From Mytilus edulis (Eukaryota), in the NCBI RefSeq assembly GCF_963676685.1, contig NC_092348.1:35030001-35094000 (forward strand): a stretch of DNA of 64,000 nt, written 5' to 3'. The position numbers were made by a program, and so were the translations under genes. Positions 51,369-62,300 of this stretch are shown here, one piece after another; within the stretch, counting starts at the first letter, position 1; the number at the start of each line of letters is the position of its first letter. The notes beneath the pieces are model-generated. The model was not told where the DNA came from. It saw only the letters and a list, made by a program, of their open reading frames with translations, and ran no database searches.

Positions 51369-52104
51369 TTTTTTCATTCATGTATGATCATCAATATACA
51401 TGTATATTCCACATTGTATTTATTAAAAGAAATGCCAAAGGCAAATATAACATCATCAAGTCTTTCTTTAAATATTTTTTATCTACCAGCTCAGCCATAG
51501 AAATAGAGGTTTGGCATTCACAGCACCGAATTAATACTTCACATTTTGCTTACTTACGAATGAACATATGTACTACAAACTTAACAGAAATTGACAGAAC
51601 CAAATGTACATGTATATCTACACATGTTACAGAACAAGGACTGTATGTGGTTTTCTAATTTCAAGATCAGTAGTTAATAATATTATAAAACATAAAATTT
51701 GGTATGAAACTTCTCAACAAAGACTGAAATGGTGTTGAAGTTATTAGGTATAGGCCACCATACAGGTTTCAACAATGAGCAAAAAACCATACAGAATACA
51801 TTGTAGTAATACTGTTCCTAATGGTTAGGTAGACTTTGTTTTACCAAGTACACAAGAGACCAAGTGCAGCATCGGTATTGAGAATCTGGTTTATAAAACA
51901 ACCAATATTGAATAATAGAAATAATGCCAGAAATATCTATACTATTTAACCAGATGTGTGTCAATTCTCTTCTTTCCACAATAAATTAATCATCATGCCT
52001 CTGTGTCCTATAGGTACAGTGCATAATTGTATTTGTCATCCATTCATATAATTATTCAGATTTAGTTTTTTGGGGAGAAAAACGAGAAAAAGGCGTCCTG
52101 ATAT

Positions 52105-52472
52105 GTCAGATTAGACTTCCAGTATGTGTTTTTCTGTATACTATAAACATACATATACTACGAATGAAGTGTATTTGCTGTCTGATATTCGTCGTTAGAT
52201 AATTTAAGGTCAGATTAGACTTCCAGTATGTGTTTTCCTGTATACTATAAACATACATGTACTACGAATGAAGTGTATTTGCTGTCTGATATTCGTCGTT
52301 AGATAATTTTAAGTCAGATTAGACTTCCAGTATGTGTTTTTCTGTATACTATAAACATACATATACTACGAATGAAGTGTATTTGCTGTCTGATATTCGT
52401 CGTTAGATGAAATTCTAAGTCAGATTAGACTTCCAGTTAGCGGTTTTCTGTATACTTTTGAACATACATATG
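52105..52472. repeat. 104-bp tandem repeat, about 3.5 copies
   Basis: gtcagattagacttccag units start at 52105, 52209, 52313 and 52419. Confidence 0.93.
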
Positions 52473-54442
52473 AAAGTTATTCATGTATTATTAAAATCAA
52501 TAGCAAACAAAAAAAACTTATTTTTTTGTGAAAAAAGCATGAGCCGGGCTATAAAAACAATAATCCTGTCCCAAATCACCTATGATTTGTTGTTCTGAAA
52601 TTCTTCAGTTATCAAATTTTTTTACAAAAAAAAAGATGTGGTATGAGTGACAATGAGACAACTCTCCACAAGAGACCAAAATGACACAGAAATCAACAAT
52701 GAGTAAAGCCGATACGGCATAGTCAGATATAAAAGGCCCTAAAATGACAATGTAAAACAATTCAAAGGAGAAAGCTAACGGCCTTATTTATGTACAAAAA
52801 ATGAACGAAAAACAAATATGAAACACTTAAACAAACAACAACCACAAAATCCTTCCTATGACACTTTACATACTTTCAAACACGCTTTGAATGCCTGCAA
52901 TTTCGCGGGTTTGTTCTAGTTAATTAATAGATGTAAACTCAAGTCGCTAGACACTGACTGAGGGGTGGATGCAATTAATACTTGCATTGTCATTGAATTG
53001 TGCGATAGCATTAAATAATATACAACATTTCCCACAACTGCACTCACTATTATCAGGATACATGTAAAAAAATGTACATGTATATATCAATGTTTTTTTT
53101 TAACAATCAATAAATAGTTACACAAATGTAGTTTCATCACAAGTAATTACTGGATATCATTTGATATATCATGGTATTTAATTTCAATATAATAATGACA
53201 CTATCAATACTCATGATACTGTGATACAGGAAATATCTCTTCATGCAAGATTAAACAACCTCACATACCCCACATCCACACATTGTCTTTATAGGAGAAA
53301 TTAAATAATGGTAAGAAAAATATAAAAAAAAATCCTGTCTTTATGCACATCTACGTAGTATGTCCTTATTATCTTCAAAAAGCTTCATTAAATTCTGTTA
53401 CAGTGTAGTTTCAGAGGAGTTGCTATGACAAGAAACAGGACTGACGGATGGATGGGTCAAAAACATTATACTCTCTGTGTCTTCTTTCCATGGGGTATAA
53501 AAATGATAACAGGCCAGCCCCAGGACCATAAAAAAATACAGTTGTACGAATTAACATTTTTAATTATTTGTATATTGTACTTACCACATATATCAAAATA
53601 ACCAGAAAAATCCATATTCATCTAAGGTAATGTAACCATCACTTTGTACACGTACAATGTATTAACCTAAATGAGACAAAAGTTAGGAATTAATTTTACA
53701 TATATTTAGACAAATTTCTTTTTATGTTGTTATTCAACATAATGTTATGATCTACAAATATCCCCCCTAACCCCCTATCATATTACAAGAGTTTATGTGA
53801 GTTAATTTAACATACAAAAAATAGATATTTAACCCCTCTTTTGTGGTTATAAACATTGTGTTAAAATTTTTTGATTTCTTTTTACTTATATAAATACAAA
53901 AGTTATAATTCGAAAACAATCCGTCTTCGGACGATGTGATATACAACCATATTTTTTTTTTTGCGGACGTATAAAAAAGAATGAAGTCAGTGGGATTAAG
54001 AAAAGCATGAAATGTCCATAGACTCGAACTGGTCTTACCTTTTTAGCTTGCCAATATTTCATTATGTTTTAAATCATTGTCTTATTGGTCAATGTTTACA
54101 AACTCCTGATGTACAAAATTCCAATTAGGATGTGTATTCGAAAGTTGACTTTGCGCATGTGTGTACATGGTGAAAATAGAAGAAAACTTACAGAGGCTTG
54201 AAATGGGGAAAATGGTCCTGATTTTATGTTTGGTGATGAAATAAAGTTTATTTGAGACTTGATTTACTGATGTTAACTTATTCTATAATTCAAAGGAGTA
54301 CATGTAACACTTCTTTGTGATGAAAATACAAGACTCTTATGGTAACCTTATAAGAGATGGTGAAATTGCATCACTCTTTATCTTAGCTGTAACTAAAGCT
54401 AGGAACGTGGCCATAGTTTGATAAAATACAATATTGTCTTAA

Positions 54443-54737
54443 GGGAGCTACCATTTGATTTTTATGGGGGGGGGGGGGGGGGGCTAGGATGAAAAATTTT
54501 GTCCTGCATTTTTTTTTAGTTGTAATCTCTGTCCTGCCTTTTTATTTTTCACTCTATTCGGTCCTGCCTTTTTTTTTATTATAGTTTATCCTGACTTTTT
54601 TTTACCTAAATTGTCATCCTGCCTTTTTTTTTGCAAAGTGTCTCATCCTGCCTTTTTTTTTACGCAAAACTCCTGTCCTGCCTATTTCTTTCAAATTTCA
54701 TCCTAGCCCCCTCCATAAAAATCAAATGGTAGCTCCC
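54443..54737. mobile_element. PIF/Harbinger-type MITE
   Basis: TIR GGGAGCTACCATTTGATTTTTATGG, 3-bp TAA TSD, internal tcctgcctttt tandem units. Confidence 0.8.
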
Positions 54738-57050
54738 TAAATGACTGCCATGCATAAATAGATTTCCAGAAGATTTTTGCTAATTGACTAGAAGTAAATC
54801 TTAGTCATATGTCATGTACATGTATGTCAGATTCTAAAATAAATAAAATACAATGTCTAATTAATGGCTCATGCTAGCAGGCGACATCAGTGTTCAAGTC
54901 GCTTTCCAATCAATTCCTTTTGCCTAACCATCAAAAGTGAAATCTAGTCATGCTGTTGTCACCTGACCATTCTCTATTTAGTTGCTTTCATGGATCATTC
55001 TTAACAAGTCAATGAAACATAATTTATTTTTATGATAATTAAAAGATTTGGACTTAAATTGTATACTCCAACTTGAATTGAACAATATAAAAAGAACATT
55101 ATTTACATATATAAACTCATCATACCGGTAGACACTTAATACTATAGTACTAGAGCACTTCTCTCTCAAATCTCCACTTCTCCCTATCTGTTTCAACTAG
55201 AGTCACTTGCAATGTATCCCTATGATTCTGAAGCATGTGAGCCCTGTCTCCATGCCAGCTATTAAATTTTATCAGTGTGTTTAAATTTTATAGTTAAAAG
55301 ATATCTAGTATGATTTACAATATGACAATGCCATCACAGACCAAAGGACATTGAATATAAATCAGGTAAATGTAAAGGTGAACAGCATACAACCATAAAC
55401 GAGCAAACTTTTGTTCATCTTTCTATAGTTACTCACAGTGTTCTCCCAAGGGCCTTTTAACTTCATGGTAATGTGATTTTACAATTTTTAATGTGATGCT
55501 ATCTGAAGTGGTTTTCTTATAAATTATGCTATGGATGTGTTGCTATACATTTTAATAACTAGATGGTTTTTCAATTTCCCCTTATTACCACGAAACAACT
55601 ACATGCACTATACATACAAAAATATGTAAATTGCTCTGACTATGGTCATTGCAATTCATTTCCTTAATGACCACTCTACACCTACATGTACATTTGTATC
55701 TCCAGTACAGTCCGGTTTTATCAGACTCTAAATAAATCTTAATTTAAGGTCTTACAATGACAATGTTTGTCTCTCATGTTCCATAACTAAATGGCCAGCT
55801 ATTTTTAATATATTAATTACGTGGTACGTGTACATGTACACAAATGTATATGTATGATTACTATTGATACAAGTCTCCACTAGATCAAATATTGTAGCAG
55901 TTAGCAAATATAGGTGAACATGGTAAACAGCCTTCAATAATGAGCATTTATACACCTTTTTTTCTTGGTTGAAATTTCAGGTATAAATTGCTGTTGTATA
56001 TTAGTGAAATCCTTCATATAACAACAAAATTATTGGCCTAAATTATGTACAAAAAAATAACAAACAAATATACACATGATACATGGCACAGACACCATAC
56101 AGAAATTGAGAATGTGGCGGGGTTAAACATCTAAGCCGGATCCTAACCATTCCTCTAACCATAGGTCAATGTAATACATAGAAACCACTTAAAATTTAAA
56201 TCTGAGAAAATCTTGCTACTAAATTATCAATGCATGTACAAATATATATCAACAATATTTTCTCAACTGAGTGATGGTGCTAATCTGTAACATTTTAATT
56301 TGCATAAGGACAGTACTGGTTTATATGAAGCTGGGTGTGATTTAGATGTTAGTTACAAAAATGTAACTTGTTATAATTATTATTACTGATATCTATACAT
56401 GTAAATCAACTATCAGTCATGTCAGTGTCACCAAATGAATATTACATGTACAAAAAAGCTGAGATGAATAAAATAGTTTAAAATTGAACACAATTGAGTA
56501 ATAGCTAAGTATTTAAGACTCTGCTATTAAATTCCCAATTTTTCCTTTCTTAAATTAAAGAAAATAATGATTTTCATATACATGTATGACGATATTTTAC
56601 AGCTTTCTGAAAGGGATTTTTTTATTTAGGCAAGCACTTTCTACTGCTTTTTATGCTTCTTATAATGTAATATAAAGGGTAGAAAAAAGTTAATAATCAA
56701 ACTTCAGAACTAGAAACCCCTTGACCACCAAACTGTGAAAAGTCAACCTCCACCAATGAAACTTCAGGAAAAATTGAAAGTCTGTGTTAATGCATGTACT
56801 TTTAAGAATACATTTTTCATGTTTTTCAAAATACATTAAGTTTTAAGTAGAAGTACAGATTAGTTATTTTTCAAATAATTTATTCATATTCATTGCCTTG
56901 TCACGCATATGTTCTGAATTACACTTGCACCTTAAGAAAGTTTCTTATTCAAATATTGTAAAAAATTATCAATGACAGTGGACAATACTTCCTTTCATTC
57001 TTTTAATGTCAACAAGGCTCCCAGTTGAATGCCATAATTTGACCTTCTTA

Positions 57051-57504
57051 GGCCCGAGAACACAGTTATTTTGTAGTGCATTTCTTTTAGACAATAAATT
57101 CAAATTAAAAAAATCTGCACCTGCTCTTTCTCAAAATGATTTTACAGTGTAGTGTACTACCAAGTGAGACAAATAATATCAAAATTATACAAACTTCTAC
57201 CAGCTCTAACTCAAAATATTGACAAATCTGTGTTAAGGGGATGTAAAATTCAGTTTGACAGCTTCAGACGTGCTAAAATTTGACCTTTTAGAACTGGACT
57301 AATTTACTTCTTAACATAAAGATTCAGCACCCAATTTTTTTTAACATGTAATTACATCCCCCTACTTAATATTGCATGCATTTAATATCAAGAAATAAAT
57401 TGGGAAAGTGTATCAAATAAAACATGCAAGTTATACACTGTTTACACTAGGGACTATATTCGTAGACAACGAAAACCAAAGGACGATAACTGTGTCCTTG
57501 GACC
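57051..57504. mobile_element. MITE-like element
   Basis: ggcccgagaacacagttat ... ataactgtgtccttggacc imperfect TIRs. Confidence 0.55.
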
Positions 57505-58949
57505 ACATGTATAATGGTTTACTTTTATAAATTGTTATTTGGACGGATAGTTGTCTCATTGGCAAACACACCACATCTTCCTATATATCTATGTATAACA
57601 GTGTGTAGAAAAATATTCAATACACTACTTTGTGAATTCTGTCAGTGAATATTTCATCAGGGGGGGGGGGGGGGGGGGCAATAGGGGTCTGTTAACAGGT
57701 TAACAACACCTAGATTTTGGCAAAAACAGGTCACAAAAAATGCTGATAACATTTAACGAACAACTTGATCTGAAATAACAGTTACCAGCACCTTGAAAAG
57801 GGCCATAACAGGTGAACACAAAAAGGTATATTTCCCCCACCCCATCCCCACCCCCTCATTCCATATATTTTTTTTAAAATAGAAAGTTCAGAAATATACT
57901 TTTGTGTGAATACAAGGGATTTTCAAGTCAGACTGAGGTGGTGATGTTTCAAACATTTATTAGCACGGAATTCACTGCCAAGTTATCAATTTTAATTTGT
58001 TATGATGGAGTGCGGAAACTGAGAGCCTCTAGGCTCTTACTCTGCAAATTGCAATATATCTATACATTTTTACATTTATAAATGATATTATAAGGCCGGT
58101 GGCAATATAAGATAGTTTTCTATTAGAAAAATCTACTTACGGGTGTCTACTATTTCCGATGTAATTTACAGGTTGTAGTTTGTTCGGCTTCAGCATCTAA
58201 AATGGCGCCAACGATAGCGTGCCTCAATCGATACTCCTCTGGGGTCACCTTAAACTACGTAGAGTATTGCAAGAGTCTTCCGAATAATTTGTGCACTGCG
58301 AGATTGATTGGCAACTTTCGTTATTTAATAGATTTTTCCTGCCTCAAATTTACCCAAAATGAAATTTATATGGAAAACATAAAGAAAATAAGTGATAATG
58401 TTTTTTTTTCATTTCCAATATTAAAAAAAAATACATCAAAATTTAATTAAACATGATTACACGTTTTCAAGTCACTATGATCATCCCGACATCCCGTATT
58501 TTTTTAAGAACATCTGTAATTCTTTAATTTATAACTGATAAGTCAAGTTGACAAATTTTTCACCACGGCACCAGTCAGTAATTGCACAAATGTATTTGCA
58601 ATCACTTATAAAGTTTCAGATGCTTTAATATTCAATAAATAAATAATACTTCGGCAATCTGTTGATTTTTAACTCAAGTCGCAGCGGTTTGTGCAGCAGT
58701 TTGACTTTGAGCTACTTATTTTTTTTAATATCAAAAATATTAATTAATTAAATAGGAAGAAGCAAGAATTAAAGTTGATTATTTTTTCTATTTAATTAAG
58801 GGGACGTCATGGTACACTTTCAGTTAACATAAACCGTCTTCTTTCTAATTTTTATTTTATTCTTAAAAGGGGAGCAACCCCTGATAATCACTGTGAAAGT
58901 TTCACCCGTTTTTTATCCAAATTTTAAAAATCTGAACATGCCTTGACAT

Positions 58950-59215
58950 GGTCTGACAACATCTTAACGTAATTTTCTATCCGTAGTCTGTTTTGGTCTG
59001 ACACAGTCGTAACGGATCTTAACAGCCCGCTAGACGATTCAGTCTTTTCCGTCTTGACATGCCTTAACGAACTGATTTACCTGATGAGGCTATCGATCTG
59101 AACGACGACTGAACGACCTTAAATATCTTGACGAATTTCTCTAGCGGTAAATCCAGTCAATCAAGATGCGATCAGACCAAAATGACCGTTTCAGACTGAA
59201 ATCGTGCTACTAGTG
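58950..59215 (-). repeat. Right terminal inverted repeat of the CACTA element
   Basis: Reverse complement of 27297-27561; ends TAGTG followed by the TAA TSD. Confidence 0.95.
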
Positions 59216-59326
59216 TAATTTTAATGGATTGAGAAAAAAGAGTATTTTCATTGATATTTCAATTAGTGGTTTTGCCAGATTCTTTTCACAAATAGTATAG
59301 AAAATGATTTGTTCGTTGAACATTAA

Positions 59327-62300
59327 CCCTTTAATGTTCCTACCGGTCAATTTGACCGGTAAGCGTTTTTTAAGTCATATTTTTTATGAAAAGCATTATT
59401 ATGTCACACATACTAAACGTATTTTAGCCAGGAAAGACTTATTTTAAAGGCCAGAGTCTGCCCTTTCGTCTGAATATTTTTGTTAATAGAATATTTTTAT
59501 TATTTAATGCGTTTTATGAGTTTAATGCAGAGTCATTCTGTTTCAAAATTCATACGTTATTTTCAAACGGGAACCAATCTATTCATTGCCGAAATAGCGT
59601 ATTTTAATGGCTTTCTAACATTAGCAATGCAAAATAAAAATATGCATTTAAAACACCAAACAAAGAGCTTTCCAATAGTTATCGATTATTGAAAGAAAAC
59701 GGTATGGTATGTGTACCAGCAGAAGAAATGCGTAGCGAAAAAGACAAGGACTCACAATGCAAAAAAAAAAAGTTTTTGAGGTCTACGTAAATTATAGGAA
59801 AACGTATCTCGAAATAGGAAAATCTAAATCGAGTATTTTTTTAATTAATTTCCAAGCTTTCCAAAACACTTTTCCTTTCAAGTTTTGATACTGGAATGAG
59901 TGAGCAATTAGCGTGTGAAATTTGACAAAAATAGACTGAAAATTACGGGTTTTGGAAGCGGATTGTTTCTTACATTATCGCGACGTCCTGATTGTTGAAC
60001 TTATTTTCCAACATGTTTGCGACTTGAAATTTTAACGAGACAAACTACTCATTGCTTCTTAACCTGTACACATGGATGATGAGAATGAATCTGACTATCC
60101 TCTGTCGGAGGACGAGGAGGAATATCTTGATTTGCTCCTAAATAACCAATTAGAAGAGGAAAATGGGCGGGAATATGACTTTGTGCCAGTTCTTTCTAGT
60201 CAAGGGTAAATTTGTTTCTTTGTATTTAAGATTATTATTTGTTCCCATATTTTATCTGTGTGGTAGCGAGCACAAATTTTGTTCATATGAAATTTAATAT
60301 CTATGTATAATTTGCTTTTGAATTGCTGTTGATGGAATAAATAAATGAATAGAAGTGGTATGATCTGATTGTCAATGACCAAACTGTTCAAAAAGATTTT
60401 GATGTATTGCAATAAATTGTTACTTGGATAGAGAGTTGTCTCATTAGCACTCATACCACATCTTACTATATCTATTGAAATATATAATTGGTCGGTTTTG
60501 GTCATTACAGAGTTAAAAGTAAGGGAAAATATCAATAACAAAGGAATGAACATGAATATATGATTATAGATTATTAGATAAGATACACATGTATTTGGGC
60601 AATAAAGATGTCATTTTCAACCGGATTTTTGTGTCATTTTTTTCATATCAAATATATGGACTGAGGAACCAGATGAAGTTTCAATCATTTTAGCTTTCAT
60701 GCAATAATGAACATTTTAACATATCTTCCATTAGATCATGTGAGGATGGTTCACAATCAACAGTCAGTACATCTGCATCCCAGGATCCCTTAGCTACATC
60801 TCTGTATTGGAAAGATGATAAAGATTTTGATGATGGAATGAAAGACCCAAGGACTTTTTCTTTTAAGCCAGAGAAGGCACCTGTCTTACAGTTTGGTTTT
60901 TTAACAAGGTTATTAAATAAAAAGTTATATATAAAATAATGTAATGAGAAAGGTGCAGTTAAATGAGAAACAAATTTTATATAACATATGCATACAAATG
61001 TACTTGTATCTCAATCATTCTAATTTGGATATATATATGGCAACTGTTATTCTGGAATGACAAGAAAGAAATATTCCATTTTTATAACTATCTCTAAATA
61101 CTAGTTACATGTTACATGTATTTTTAAAGTACTTATTTGTATAAAAAACAAAAATTATAGTAATGAGTTCAAGGTTTAGAATAGGAATGTTCTTGCATTT
61201 CTTGAAACAACTAGTATTCAGATATTGAAAATATTATTTTCTAGGCAATCTTTAAAGGCATTTAAGAAACCAGTAGATTTTCTGTACCTGTTTCTCACCC
61301 ATCAGATAGTACTTCAGATATGTATTGCAACTAATCACCATGCAGAACAACTAATAGCTAAGGGACAAAACTTATCCTATTCTGACAGTGATGGAGGCTG
61401 GAACCAAGTGACTGTAGCAGAAATGTATAGGTATTTAACAAATATCCATATATCTATGTTTAAAATTGATGAGTAAATTTATTTTCTGCATTTCTTTAAT
61501 TTGCAGGTTAAAATATATTACCGCTGTCATTAGGTTTATCTTGTAGTACACGTACATGTATATTGACTACTACTCTTTAAGTACTCCTAGTATCAAAAGC
61601 GTGCAAGCAAGGATGGACATTATAAAAATTGGAATTGGTTTTTAGGCTTAAACTGATTAGAATAAAGAGCCAAAACAATACTTTTAATACATTGTATTAA
61701 TTGCTTATTTCTAGAGCTAAATGTATTTAAATGCAGTTTGAGTAAGACACCTGCAGTATCAACGTTCGCCCTAAGGTGCAATTCATTTTCATTGAAATTC
61801 TTTATTTCACCTGGTAAAAAATATTTTCCATTTGATTTTTCCAATATTTTTTTATTTTAGGTTTTTTGGTATTGTTATATACATGTCTATTGTAAATCTT
61901 CCAAATCTTGAAAAGTACTGGTCAAGGAGTCCTTTGTATGATGCAAGTGTGGTTGACAAAGTCATGCCAATAATAAGATTTAAGGCTTTACTGTCATTTC
62001 TACAGATTAACTGTGATCCAGATAAAGGTTAGCTATGAGTATGATAATGATTTTCACTTTTCATAATAGTTATATGTCATGCAAATTGAAACCAACAACA
62101 TATGTACAAAAATTTTCTAGAGGTCAACATACTGTATACATTAGTTATGTGTATATGTCTATTTTAAAGCTTAATTTGGGAACAACATTTTAAATATGTG
62201 AATAACTGCATTGCAAAGTATCACTAATCTGCAATTGGTAACAACATGAACAAAATCTGCAAAAAGAAGAAAAAAAAACATGAATAAAGAATGACAAAAA

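Larger units (their letters stand above)
27297..59215 (-). mobile_element. Giant (31,919 bp) autonomous CACTA/EnSpm DNA transposon in VPS9D1 intron 11
   Basis: Begins CACTAGTAGCACG and ends CGTGCTACTAGTG; 3-bp TSD TAA (27294-27296, 59216-59218); long TIRs; contains an intact CACTA-type transposase. Confidence 0.93.

Noticed and set aside
57660-57678. Long G homopolymers (also 54466-54483) as G-quadruplex elements
   Set aside because: They lie in or next to repeat elements, homopolymer length is error-prone, and there is no other evidence of function.
58202-58450. 82-aa ORF MAPTIAC with a good start context near the right TIR
   Set aside because: No recognisable motif and it runs into low-complexity AT sequence; AAAATGGCG is equally explained as a YY1-type promoter motif.
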